From an uncultured Acidimicrobiaceae bacterium (GTDB lineage Bacteria > Actinomycetota > Acidimicrobiia > Acidimicrobiales > RAAP-2), in the NCBI GenBank assembly GCA_963787525.1, contig CAWBDK010000005.1:1891331-1955330 (forward strand): a stretch of 64,000 bases of DNA. The letters are read 5' to 3'. Within the stretch, counting starts at the first letter, position 1; the number at the start of each line of letters is the position of its first letter. A program made the translations under genes and the position numbers. The notes under the pieces were generated by a model. It saw only the letters and a list, made by a program, of their open reading frames with translations, had not been told where the DNA came from and searched no databases. This document shows, in pieces, positions 9,262 to 20,933 of the stretch.

Positions 9262-9837
9262 GTCGAAGCCGACCGGTATGCCGTTCGGGGGCTGCACCAG
9301 GCGGCGCGCCCCGTCGAGCGCCGCCAGCGCGGAGAGGGCGAGCAGGGTGAGCCACAGGCCCACCGCACTGACGAAGAGGAGGGGGAGGCCGGACCCAGGC
9401 TGGTGCGCCAGCTGCGTGAGGAGGGAGCCGTGGCCCGGTGCGCCGGCGGCGAACGCCACCGCCGCGGCGGCCAGCACGAGGTCGAAGAGGAGGTGTACGA
9501 CGGTGGGCGGCGTATCGGGCCGGCCGAAGCAGCCGCACGTGGCGAGCGGGCCTCCCCGCCGGCGGGCGTAGGCCACGACGCCGAAGAAGCAGACGTAGGA
9601 GAGGGCGACGAGCGCCGCGGTGAGCGGGCGGGGGAGCGCCAAGGCGACGAGGCCCAGCGCGGCCTCCGCCAGCGCACCGGTCCGGACGGCTCGGCGTGCC
9701 ACCCTCGGCGACGTCGCCCGGCGGCCGGGCAGGAGTGCGGCCACCGCGCGGGCGGTGTCGTCGGGCCGGATGGCCTTGGTGATGCCGGCGACCACCAGGA
9801 GTCCCGCCGCGATCAGGTAGAGGCCGATCAGTTCCAC
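9258..9837 (-). CDS. MauE/DoxX-family redox-associated membrane protein (3' end uncertain)
   Basis: The GTG at 9837 overlaps the upstream stop (GTGGAACTGA). The sequence VELIGLYLIAAGLLVVAGITKAIRPDDTARAVAAL...GGPLATCGCFGRPDTPPTVVHLLFDLVLAAAAV carries the CGCFG motif and four hydrophobic helices typical of MauE. There is no in-frame stop before the next gene, and a GTGA junction at 9258-9261 suggests a terminal frameshift. Confidence 0.65.
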
Positions 9838-10314
9838 TGGGGGCCTGCGGTGGCGACGTCGTCCGCCGGGTTCAGCGCCAACGAAGCGATCACCGAGTTG
9901 ACGCGCGGGCACCAGGAGGTTGCGGAGCGCGTGGCTGCCCAGCACCGCGTAGAAGGAGAACGGGCGACCCGCCTCGGTGAAGAACCACTGTGTGCCCGAC
10001 TGCCCCGGGATCCCCCGCCGCAGTGTCATGGGGGAGAAGTCTCCGGCCGAGAAGGCGCCGGGCCGGCCCTGCCGGGCGAACAGCGCGGTTCCCACGCTCT
10101 CGGGCCCGTACTCGAACAGGGTGGCGAACACGTCGGACGCGCCCATGAGGGTCACGGCGCCGCTGCCGAAGTCACCGACGTCGTCGGGGATGGGGAAGGT
10201 GGCGAACTGCGCCACCGGGTAGGTCGCGCCCACCGTGGAGGGCCGCACGAAGATCCTGCCTTCGAAGCCGTCGGGGAGGTGTGCCGTGATGCCGTGCGCG
10301 CCGATGGTGGCCAC
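9828..10314 (-). CDS. hypothetical protein of the Mau-like cluster, frameshift near 9905
   Basis: The GTG overlaps the upstream TAG (TAGTG at 10314). The sequence reads VATIGAHGITAHLPDGFEGRIFVRPSTVGATYPVAQFATFPIPDDVGDFGSG...WFFTEAGRPFSFYAVLGSHALRNLLVP, then RVNSVIASLALNPADDVATAGPQWN* in the +1 frame. No signal peptide or TM segment. Confidence 0.55.
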
Positions 10315-11126
10315 TAGTCGGACTGCACCGGTCGTCCGTTGACGGCGCCCGACGGCACCGCCGCCGCACCGTTGGGGAAGACGTCGTCGAGCGTGCGTGG
10401 GTAGAGGCTGGGGTCGCCCGGATGGATCCCCGCGGCGCGGAGTACCTCGTCGGCGGCCGCCTCGCGCGCCGGCCCGCCCTCGCGGCCGGTGTCGCCGCGC
10501 TCGCGGGCGGGCCGCCGCGGGGAGCGGTCGTACTCGGCCCGCCGCACCAGCTCGGCCAGCTGCCCCACGTGGTTGGCCACCCCCTGGCCGACCTTGCGGC
10601 CGGTGGCGCCGTCGACGAGCACGAAGAAGGGTGAGCCCGGAATCTGGTAGTCCACCCAGGCCTCCGTGGACATCACCACGGGCACGCTCCCCGTCGTCCT
10701 CGCCTGCACCTCGGCGGGCACCTCGCGGTCCGGTCCCTTGGTGACGATCACGATGCGCGTGCGGTCCGGGAGGTCGAGGTGGCCGGGTGCCTGCAGGGCC
10801 TCCCAGAAGCCCGCGCAGGTGGCGCAACCCGAGGAGAGGAAGCCGAGAAGCGTGAGTTGGTCGCCGTTGTCCACCGCGACGGCGCGGGCGTCCCCCGCCG
10901 GGGTGATGCCGGCGACCGCCGGGGCCGGGCCCAGGGCGGGGCCGGCCGTGGGCGCGGCCACGGGGACGGGAGCCGGAGCCGGCCCGGGTCCGGCGGTGGG
11001 GTCGCCGACGCCCACGCCGAGCTCGTGCAGCGAGCGCAGGATGTCGGCGTGGCTGCGCAGCAGGCCCGCGACGAGGATGCCGAGCACCAGGACCACGAAC
11101 GTCGAGACAATGACAAGAGCGACCAC
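10314..11126 (-). CDS. membrane-anchored thioredoxin-fold (TlpA/MauD-like) protein with CxxC
   Basis: N-terminal TM anchor MVALVIVSTFVVLVLGILVAGLL, a Pro/Ala linker, then LTLLGFLSSGCATCAGFWEAL...VVMSTEAWVDYQIPGSPFFVLVD. A strong RBS (GGAGGAGG) precedes the GTG. Confidence 0.75.
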   Translation of the reverse strand: MVALVIVSTFVVLVLGILVAGLLRSHADILRSLHELGVGVGDPTAGPGPAPAPVPVAAPTAGPALGPAPAVAGITPAGDARAVAVDNGDQLTLLGFLSSGCATCAGFWEALQAPGHLDLPDRTRIVIVTKGPDREVPAEVQARTTGSVPVVMSTEAWVDYQIPGSPFFVLVDGATGRKVGQGVANHVGQLAELVRRAEYDRSPRRPARERGDTGREGGPAREAAADEVLRAAGIHPGDPSLYPRTLDDVFPNGAAAVPSGAVNGRPVQSD

Positions 11127-11240
11127 GCCGCCTCCTCCTTCCGTCCGCCCCAGTATTCATCCGGGGCGCGGCGGGGGGTGGGACCACATGGGGCGGAGCG
11201 AGCACGGCAGCGCGCCGCCGCATCCTCGGGCATACTCCCG

Positions 11241-12435
11241 ATGGTGTCTTCTGACGATCTCTTCCTACCCGAGCCCGAGCCCCGGGAGGTGCGCTACACG
11301 GTGATCTCGGTCGACGACCACGTCGTCGAGCCCGCCCACACGTTCGAGGGGCGCCTGCCCGCCGCGCTGGCGGATCGGGCCCCCCGGATCGTCGAGACGC
11401 CCCAGGGCCACCAGGTCTGGGAGTTCGAGGGGGAGCGCTACACCCAGGTCGGGATGAACGCGGTGGCGGGCCGCCGCCCGGAGACCTACGGCCTCGAGCC
11501 CTTCCGCTTCGACCAGATGCGGGCGGGCTGCTACGACGCCGATGCCCGCGTGCGCGACATGGACATCAACGGCGTCTGGGCGTCGGTGAACTTCCCGTCC
11601 ATGATCACCGGGTTCTGTGGCCGGGTCTTCTTCGACGCCAAGGACCGGGACCTGGGCCTGGCCTGCGTCAGGGCCTGGAACGACTGGCTCTTCGAGGAGT
11701 GGTTCACGCCTCATCGTGAGCGGATCGTCCCGCTCGGGATCACTTACCTCGCCGACCCCGCCCTCGCCGTGGCCGAGATCCGCCGCAACGCGGCCCGCGG
11801 ATTCACCTCGGTGACCTTGCCCGAGCGCCCCCACGAGATCGGGCTGCCCTCGCTGTGGGACCGGGCCCACTGGGACCCGATCATGGAGGCCGTGGTCGAG
11901 ACGGACACCGTCGATCTCGCTCCACGTCGGCAGCTCCGGCCTGACCCCGCCGCCACCGGGGGCCGGCATGGACGCCCTGCAGCTCGGGGCGACGCTCTTC
12001 GGACAGCTGTCGCTCATCGCGTGCGCCGAGTGGCTGTGGTCCGGGTACGCGGCGCGCCACCCCACGCTCAAGATCGCCATGAGCGAGGGGGGCATCGGTT
12101 GGGTGGCCATGCTGTGCGACCGGCTCGACAACATCGTCGACCGCTCCGGCTACGGCCTCGGCTGGGACGTGCGGCCGTCCGAGGTGCTGCGGCGCAACTT
12201 CTGGTTCTGCACGATCGACGATCCCTCGACCATCGACACGCGCCATGCGATCGGGGTCGACCACATCATGGTCGAGGTCGACTACCCGCACGGCGACAGC
12301 ACCTGGCCCGACACCCAGGACGTGATCGAGCGGTGCTGGGGCCACATCCCGGCCGACGAGCTGCGCGCCATGTGCTGCGAGAACGCGGCCGCCCTCTACC
12401 GCCACCCGCTGCCCGACCGCGTCCTGCCGCGCTGA
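11241..12435 (+). CDS. amidohydrolase-2 (ACMSD-like) family metal-dependent hydrolase, frameshift near 11912
   Basis: YTVISVDDHVVEPAHTFEGRLP...DMDINGVWASVNFPS...WNDWLFEEW...IVPLGITYL, then ISLHVGSSG...KIAMSEGGIGWV...IMVEVDYPHGDSTWPD. Confidence 0.75.
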
Positions 12436-12447
12436 GAGGAGGCCACC

Positions 12448-13171
12448 GTGTTCACACCGACCGCGGAGAAGCTGATGCCGGACCTGACACCACGCGAGGA
12501 GCTCGTCGTCCTCGCCCGCGCCCTGTGGCGGGAGGGCTACAACGACCACCTGGCCGGGCACATCACGGTCAACCTCGGCGACGGCACGTTGTTGTGCAAC
12601 CCGTGGCTCCTCACCTGGGCGGAGCTGCGCCCCTCGCAGGTGCTGCGCATCGACCTCGACGGGCGCGTCGTGGAGGGGGACTGGCCCGTCCCCCTCGGCA
12701 TCCCCCTCCACCTGCAGCTGCACAAGCTGCGGGCCGACGTGGGGTGGGCGCTGCACAACCACCCGCTCTTCGGCACGGTCTGGGCCGACCTGGCCGAGGT
12801 GCCTCCGATTCTGGACCAGAGCTCCGCGCTGGGCGGTGGCACGCTCGCGCTGGTCGACGAGTACGAAGGCCCGGTGAACGACGCCGGGAGCGCGCGCCGC
12901 GCCGTGGAGCAGATGGGGGACGCGGCCATGGCGCTCCTGGCCGGCCACGGCGTGTTCGTCCTCGGCGGATCGGCCCGGGCCGTGCACCAGCGCGCCGTCG
13001 CGCTGGAGCAGCGCTGCCAGCACGCCTGGTACGCCCGCGCCGCCGGCGGCAGCGGTGCCTCGAGGCTGCCGCAGGCCTTCGTCGACCTGGTGGCGCGGAG
13101 CGACGGCGAGGGTTTCATCGGCTTCTGGGAGGCGGCGGTGCGGGCCGAGCTGGCGGCCGACCCCGACCTGC

Positions 13172-13182
<11 letters not shown>
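12448..13182 (+). CDS. class II aldolase/adducin-domain protein
   Basis: Intact 244-aa ORF: LARALWREGYNDHLAGHITVNLGDG...PLHLQLHKLRADVGWALHNHPLFGTVWA...LLAGHGVFVLGGSARAVHQRAVALEQ. Confidence 0.75.
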
Positions 13183-14245
<1,063 letters not shown>

Positions 14246-14249
<4 letters not shown>

Positions 14250-15271
14250 GCCGCGTCCGCGTGCGTGGTTGCCCAGGCCAGCAGCTCGTCGGCCGGCCGG
14301 CGGTTGACGATGCGTTCGAACGGCACGTCCGCCGCCACCGCGTTGCGGCAGCCGCGCCCGAGCCAGCCGAGTTGGCCCGGGGCGTGGGCGTCGGTGTCGA
14401 TGGCGAAGGAGCACCCGAGGCCGACGGCGTGGCGCAACAGGTCCTCGGGTGGGTCCTGGCGCTCGGGCCGGGAGTTGATCTCGACGGCGGTGCCGGTGCG
14501 GGCGCAGGCGGCGAACACCGCGTCGGCGTCGAACGCCGACTGCGGGCGGCCCTTCCCGGTGATCAGGCGGCCCGTGCAGTGGCCGAGGATGTCGGTGTGC
14601 GGGCTCTCGATGGCGGCCAGCATGCGGGCGGTCATCTGCGGCGCGTCCATGCGCAGCTTGGAGTGCACGCTGGCCACGACGACGTCGAGCTCGGACAGGA
14701 GGTCGAGGTCGAGGTCGAGCGAGCCGTCTTCGAGGATGTCCACCTCCATGCCGGTCAGGATGCGGAACGGCGACAGCTCCTCGTTCAGCTCGCGCACCAC
14801 CTCGAGCTGCTCGCGGAGCCGCTCCTCGTTGAGGCCGTGGGCCACGGTGAGGCGCGCGCTGTGGTCGGTCAGCACCAGGTACTCGCGCCCGAGGTCGCGG
14901 GCCGCCCGCGCCATCTCGCCGATGGGGCTGCCGCCGTCGGACCAGTCCGAGTGGGAGTGGCAGTCGCCCCGCAGCGACGCCAGGAGCTCCGCCGCCGGCC
15001 CGTCGACCACCAGGTCGTCCGGCCCGTCGTCGAGCTTGGACAGGTAGCCCGGGATCTCGCCCCGCAGCGCCTCGGCGATGACCTGCGCGGTCGAGTTGCC
15101 GACGCCCTCGATGCTCTGCAGCCGGCCCGCCTGCGCCAGCGCCGCCAGCTCCCCCGGCGGCACCGACGCGAGGGCCCTGGCCGCGTGCCGGAAGGCACGC
15201 ACCTTGTAGGTGTCGGCCCCGCTGCGCTCCAGGCGGAACGCGATCTCGTTCAGCGCGTCGAGCGGGTCCAT
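14246..15271 (-). CDS. HhH-PHP phosphoesterase (PolX-like 8-kDa/HhH N-domain plus PHP domain, without a nucleotidyltransferase core)
   Basis: Intact 341 aa. It contains NEIAFRLERSGADTYKVRAFRHAARAL, RLQSIEGVGNSTAQVIAEAL (HhH), then LRGDCHSHSDWSDGG...LVLTDHS...VVASVHS...LGHCTGR...FAIDTDAH (PHP metal-ligand motifs). Confidence 0.8.
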
Positions 15272-15274
15272 CCG

Positions 15275-16286
15275 CTACGCCTTCTTGGCCCGGCTCGGGG
15301 CCACCCGCGGTGGCTCGTCGGGCATCTTCGGGTACTGCGGCGGCCAGGGTGCGTCGTGCAACCCGGCCGCCTTGTCCGCGTCGGCCAGCGCCAGCAGGGG
15401 CTCGAGCGACTGGGGCCAGCTCGCCGATGGCGGCCCACGGGTCGCCCCGCCGGCGGACCAGGTCCGGCACCGTGCGGATGGTCAGCTCGTTGGGCGTGAC
15501 CGTCTCGACCTCTTCCCAGGAGAGGGGCGTCGACACCTGCCCACCCGTGCGGGGCCGGGCGAACCAGGCGCCGAAGACCGTCTTGTGCGGCGCGTTCTGG
15601 TTGAAGTCGACGAAGACGCGGCTGCCCCGCTCCTCCTTCCACCAGTTCGCGGTGATCAGGTCCGGGAAGCGACGTTCGAGCTCGCGGGCCAGCGCAACGG
15701 CGGCGGCCCGGACCTGCACGGAGTCCCAGCGCGCCTCGAGGCGCAGGTACACGTGGAGCCCGTTGCTGCCCGTCGTCTTCGGGTACCCCCGCAGGCCCAG
15801 CTCGCCCAGCACGTCGCGGCAGTGGAGCGCCGCGGCGCGCACCTCATCGAAACCGATGCCGGTCGTGGGGTCGAGGTCGATGCGCAGCTCGTCGGCGTGG
15901 TCCGGGTCGGCGGCACGGTACGGCCACAGGTGCAGACCGAGACAGCCGATGTTGACGGCCCACACGACGTGGGCGATGTCGGCGACGACGAGCGCGTTGG
16001 ACGTGGTGCCGTTCGGGGTGGAGACGGTGGTGGACTCCAGCCAGTCGGGGGCGCCGGCAGGGATCCGCTTCTGGTAGAAGGACTTGCCGGTGGCGCCCTC
16101 GGGGAAGCGCTGCAGCATGGCGGGGCGGCCCCCGGCCGTGTTGAGGAGGTGCTCGCCCACCTCGAGGTAGTACGAGACGAGGTCGAACTTGGTGGCGTCG
16201 AGCCCGGGGAAGTACACCTTGTCCGGCCGGGAGATGCGCAGCTCGCGGCCGTCGACCTCCACCGTCCGCTCGTCGTCCCCTGGCAC
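15275..16286 (-). CDS. LigD-type primase-polymerase (AEP family) stand-alone protein, frameshift near 15415
   Basis: VEVDGRELRISRPDKVYFP...LQRFPEG...FYQKR...VWAVNIGCLGLHLWP...ELRIDLDP...YPKTTGSNGLHVYLRL...RVFVDFNQNAPHKTV, then QSLEPLLALADADKAAGLHDAPWPPQYPKMPDEPPRVAPSRAKKA*. Confidence 0.88.
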
Positions 16287-16326
16287 CGCCGTCGACTCTA
16301 CGGCGCCGCCGCCCAGCTCGGAACGG

Positions 16327-16748
16327 CTATGCGGTCTGGAGTTGGGACCCCGCCTCGGGGCTCAGCTCGATTCCGCGGAGCGCCAGCTCCCGCTCGAGCC
16401 GGGAGCGCTCGCGCTGCGGGTTGGCGAAGAGCGCCGGCGTGGTCGCCACCTGGAGGGACACACAGAGCCTGATGAGAGCTCCGTCGTAGGAGAGCTCCCG
16501 GGCCAGCGCCTCGGCAACGGAGGTTGTCAGAACCTCGTCCGTCGCTCGAAGTCTGGCCCGGGAGTACGCGAGTCCGCCAGCAGCAGGTCGTTGGACCTGT
16601 GCTCTTCCTCACCTTTGCCAAGGGCCCGCGTCAGGAGGTCCACGTACATGACCACCCCACGATGGTGCCCTGTCCAGGGGTCGGGCCGGTAGGGCTGAAC
16701 GACCCTCTTTGCGGCCCAACCCCGTTGAAAGTCCTCGTGGGTGACCAC
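16327..16748 (-). CDS. hypothetical protein, frameshift near 16545
   Basis: VVTHEDFQRGWAAKRVVQPYRPDPWTGHHRGVVMYVDLLTRALGKGEEEH... continues in another frame as DEVLTTSVAEALARELSYDGALIRLCVSLQVATTPALFANPQRERSRLERELALRGIEL...*. Protein-like composition, no family recognised. Confidence 0.4.
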
Positions 16749-16796
16749 ATCCGCTCCCGCCCAGGCCGCCCGCCGCGGGCCTCGGCAGACCAGGCA

Positions 16797-17517
16797 TCAG
16801 ACGAGGTCGGCCAGCCCCTCCCACCCCTGCGGGGGCGGCGCCAGGTGCCAGAACTGCTCGGGAACGCGGCCGTCCATGCGCGCCGTGAGCGCGTGGTCGC
16901 GCTCGAGCGGGGGGATCTGCGAGGTGTAGCACCAGATGGCGCGCCGCTTGCGCTCCTCGTCGGGCACGTGGGGGACGATGGCGGGGGTGGGCCACGGGTG
17001 CGAGCGCAGCAGCTTGGCCACCCGCCAGGCCAGCAGCCCAGGGAGGTGCTTGTAGCCGTGGTCCTCGTAGCAGAACCACTCCCGGTCGGGCTGTGCCGCC
17101 CGCACGAGGAGGCTGGCCTCGTGCACCATCACGTGGTCCGGGTTGCCCAGGCCCATGGGGAAGAAGACGGCGGTGGGGTCGAGGTCGGCGATGGTGTCGG
17201 CCGAGGACGGGCGCCACCTCGGCCGGGGTCGGTCGCTCCGCGGGCCGCAGGTACTGGTGGTCGGCGAAGTCGAGCCAGTGGTAACCCGACTCGAGGACGG
17301 ACATGGCGGCGACGTCCTCCTCGCGCCGCACCGCCACCACGTCGTCGCCGGCGACGAAGCCACCCAGGGCGTCCCATTCCGACGGAACGTCGGGGTAGGC
17401 CGGCGGGCGGCCGCCGAGCACCGTCACCACCGTCGTGTTGTGGTAGCTGGCGATGAGGTGGCCGGCCCCCATGGCGGCGTCGTCGAAGTGCGGGGAGAGC
17501 ACGAGGATGCGCGCCAA
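16797..17517 (-). CDS. PIG-L/LmbE-family deacetylase, frameshift near 17210
   Basis: MARILVLSPHFDDAAMGAGHLIA (PIG-L motif)...VRREEDVAAMSVL, then ADTIADLDPTAVFFPMGLGNPDHVMVHEASL... Confidence 0.75.
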
Positions 17518-17576
17518 CGCGCCCGGGTCGACCTCGCCCCAGGTCGGCTGCCGCGAAGGTGTCGCTCACGAACGGA

Positions 17577-18822
17577 TCATACGGGCACGTCGTCGACCTC
17601 GCCCGCCACGTGACGGCGGAACAGCGGCATGAGTGCACCGATGACCGCCGCGCCGACGATGCAGGCGAGACCGCCCGAGACCACCGAGAACTCCACGCTG
17701 GTCAGCGTGGCCACCGCGCCCGACTCCATGTCGCCCACACGCGGGCCGCCCTGGACGACCGCCATCTGAATGGAGGACATGCGGCTGCGGAAGCGCTCGG
17801 GGACCGAGCTCTGGAGAATGGTGTTGCGCAGGACGGCCGAGATCACGTCGGCCCACCCCGCCACCGCCAGCAGGACGAGCCCGATCCAGAGCGTGTCGAC
17901 CAGACCGAACAGCGCGATGGCGGTGCCCCACACCGACGACGGCCACGATCACCGCCCACCCCTGGCGGCGCAGGTTGGCGACCCAGCCCGTGGTGACGGC
18001 GCCGATCAGCGCGCCGACACCGGGCGCCGCGTAGAGGAAGCCGAGGGTGATGGTGCCGCCGCCGAAGACCGAGCCCGCCATGGCGGGGAAGAGCGCCCGC
18101 GGCATGCCGAAGACCATGGCGTTGATGTCGATCAGGTAGACGCCCTGCAGCGCCTGGCGGGAGCGCAGGTAGCGCAGGCCCTCCTTGGTCGACTGCCAGG
18201 GCGAGAGGCCCCCGGCGCTCTCCGCCGGCGGGATGGGCGCCAGCATGGCCGAGGTGACGGCGGCCACCACGAAGGAGGCCGCGTCGAGCCCGTAGACGAG
18301 CGGGAGCCCGATGCCGAGCAGGAGGCCCGAGAGCGCCGGGCCGACGATGACGCCCAGCTGGAAGACGATCTGCATCATCGCCGCCGCGGCCGCCAGGTGC
18401 CGCCGCTCCACCATGCCCGGTATCGCCGCCATGCGGGCGGTGCTGGAGAAGCCCATGAGTCCGGCGGCCACCGAGCTCACGACGTAGAGCGCGACCAGGG
18501 ACGGGTGGGCCAGGCCGGCGTTGACCGCCATGGCGGCGCTGGTGAGGACCATGGCGGCCGACGTCCAGACCATGATGCGGCGCTTGTCGACCGAGTCGCC
18601 GACGGGACCGGCGGACAGGGCCCCGGCCAGGAACGGGATGAGCTGGGCCAGGCTGATCGCACCCACCTGCAGGGAGGAGTGGGTCATGGAGTACACCTGG
18701 TAGGGGATGGCGACGACGGTCAGCTGCGTTCCCACGACGGAGATGAGCTGCCCGGTGAACAGGAGCCGGAAGTCGCGGCTGTCCCGCAGCGGGGTCGTGT
18801 CGACCAGGATCCGGCCCGGCAT
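17577..18822 (-). CDS. MFS transporter (EntS/MFS_3-like), frameshift near 17935
   Basis: FRLLFTGQLISVVGTQLTVVAIPYQVY...GPVGDSVDKRRIM..., then in another frame WGTAIALFGLVDTLWIGLVLLAVAGWADVISAVLRNTILQSSVPERFRSRMSSI... Confidence 0.75.
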
Positions 18823-18873
18823 GCCAGCAGCCTACGGTCGGACCCGGCCGGGCCTCGCCCCGGGCGCCGGTGG

Positions 18874-19700
18874 TCAGGAGAGCTGCCGGCCGAAGTCGCG
18901 CCCGGCGATGTCCCAGGCGGCGGGCCAGTCCCGGGTGCGCAACAGGGCGTCACTGCCACCGTCGCAGAAGATCACCGATCCGCAGAAGAACGCGCTGTCG
19001 GGACCGAGCAGGAACTCGACGAGGGCGGCGATCTCCTCGGGCCGGCCGGGACGCCCGACCGGAATGGGGAGCATGTCGAGCAGAGGGCCCGTCTCGGGGT
19101 CGGCCCGCATGCCCGCCACCATCGGGGTGTCGATCATGCCCGGGGCGATGGCGTTGAGCCGGAGACCCGACCCGGCCCATTCGGGCCCCGTCGCCGAGCG
19201 CCGGACCCAGTGGGCCACCGCCAACTTGGTGGCCGGGTACGCCGCCATCGACCCGGCGGCGTCGGCGCGCCGGGCGCTCGACTCCTCGTCGTGGTCCAGG
19301 CAGGCGTCGACCAGGTCGGCGGGGATCGTCCGGCTGCACCGTCGTCGAGTTCGAGCTGATGGCCACGGCCGCCGCGCCGCGGACGAGCAGGGGCGGAGCC
19401 CGTCGAGCACGTCCACCGTGCCGAAGTAGTTCACCGCGGCGAGCAGCGAGCCGGCGCGGCTCGGTGCGCCGGCCAGCCCGGCGCAGGTCACGATGCCGGC
19501 GAGCTCCCCGCCGCAGCGCTCCGCCGCCTCGGCCACGGCACGCCGGCGGCCCTCGGCGGTCCCCAGGTCCGCCACGACGTCGGCGTCCGGCCTGGTCGAC
19601 GCCGACGACGCGCCATCCGGCGGCGCGCAGCCGGGCCGCGGTGGCGGCGCCGATCCCCGACGCGGAACCCGTGATGACGGCGGCGCGCTCAGGCAGCGCG
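18874..19700 (-). pseudogene. short-chain dehydrogenase/reductase, at least 3 frameshifts as assembled; 5' end approximate
   Basis: The fragments read AAVITGSASGIGAATAARL, then DADVVADLGTAEGRRRAVAEAAERCGGELAGIVTCAGLAG...NYFGTV, then AVAISSNSTTVQP, then SMAAYPATKLAVAHW...LRLNAIAPGMIDTPM...GRPGRPEEIAALVEFLLGPDSAFFCGSVIFCDGG. Confidence 0.65.
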
Positions 19701-20148
19701 GTCGCGCCTTGAGGAGGGCGAGCGCCTTGTCGGCGTGCGAACCCATGGAGACCTCGCTGTGGATGACGTCGAGAAGGGTGCGGTCGGTGTCGATCACGAA
19801 GGTCATCCGCTTGTTCGGGAGGAAGCTCGCGCCGCGCTTCGCCCCCAGCTGGGCCGCCACCGTGCGCTCGGCGTCGGACAGCAGGGGGAAGCCGAGCGAC
19901 TCCTTCTCGTCGAAGCGCTTCTGCTTCTCGACGGGGTCGGCGCTGATGCCGACCGGCTGCGCGCCGACGGCGGCGAACTCGGCCGCCATGTCCCGGAAGT
20001 GGCAGCTCTCCTTCGTGCAGCCGTAGGTCATGGCGGCGGGGTAGAAGAAGAGGACGACCGGGCCGTCCGCCAGGAAGTCGCTCAGCGTGCGGGGAGTGCC
20101 CGTCTGGTCCGGGAGCGTGAAATCGGGAACGACGTCGCCTTTGTGCAT
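19689..20148 (-). CDS. bcp: thiol peroxidase Bcp (1-Cys/atypical 2-Cys peroxiredoxin); 3' end approximate
   Basis: MHKGDVVPDFTLPDQTGTPRTLSDFLADGPVVLFFYPAAMTYGCTKESCHFRD...GISADPVEKQKRFDEKESLGFPLLSD. The frame lacks a stop near 19690, so a terminal frameshift is likely. Confidence 0.8.
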
Positions 20149-20186
20149 ACGCTCAATGTAGGGCGAAGTGCCTGCGTCGTGCCGCG

Positions 20187-20933
20187 CTAGGCCTCGAAAC
20201 GGAAGCCGACGCCGCGCACGGTGACCAGATGGCGCGGGTTCGCCGGGTCCGGCTCGACCTTGCGCCGCAACCGCTTGATGTGGGTGTCGAGGGTGCGGGT
20301 GTCGGTCAGCTCCTGGTCCCACCACAGGCGGTCGATGCACCAGTCACGGGTGACGACCTGGCCGCTGTGCGACATCAGCAGGGCGAGGAGGTCGAATTCC
20401 TTCCGGGACAGGTCGACCGGGGCTTCGTTCACCGTCACCTCGCGCCGGCCGGCATCGAGGCGGACGGGGCCGACCGCGAGGACCTCCTCGTGGTGCTCGG
20501 CGACGGCGACGCCGCGGCGGAGGACCGCACGCATGCGGGCGACCAGCTCGCGCAGGCGGAACGGCTTGGCCACGTAGTCGCTGGCGCCGAGCTCCAGGCC
20601 GAGCACGATGTCGACCTCGGAGTCGCGGGCGGTCACCATGATGATCGGCACCGGCTTCAGGCTCCGCATCTGCTGGCAGATCTCGATGCCGGACTGGTCG
20701 GGCAGCATGACGTCGAGCAGGACAAGGTCGGGGTGCACCCGGTGGAAGACGCGCAGCGCCTCGTGCCCGTCGCCGGCGGCCTCGACGGCGAACCCCTCGC
20801 GGGTAAGGCCCGACGCCAGGGCTTGGCGGTAGGACTCCTCGTCGTCGACGACGAGGACGAGGGGACGGTTGTCCCGGGTCGGCCCGTTGGGCGGGGGCCG
20901 GCCGCTGGTCGCCGGTGTGTCTGCAATCGCCAC
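20187..20933 (-). CDS. OmpR/PhoB-family response regulator (no cognate kinase adjacent)
   Basis: Intact: LVLVVDDEESYRQALASGLTREGFAVEAAGDGHEAL...DLVLLDVMLPDQSGIEICQQMR...PIIMVTARD...GASDYVAKPF...winged helix LTRKEFDLLALLMSH...LDTHIKRLRRKVE...TVRGVGFRFEA. Confidence 0.88.
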   Translation of the reverse strand: MAIADTPATSGRPPPNGPTRDNRPLVLVVDDEESYRQALASGLTREGFAVEAAGDGHEALRVFHRVHPDLVLLDVMLPDQSGIEICQQMRSLKPVPIIMVTARDSEVDIVLGLELGASDYVAKPFRLRELVARMRAVLRRGVAVAEHHEEVLAVGPVRLDAGRREVTVNEAPVDLSRKEFDLLALLMSHSGQVVTRDWCIDRLWWDQELTDTRTLDTHIKRLRRKVEPDPANPRHLVTVRGVGFRFEA

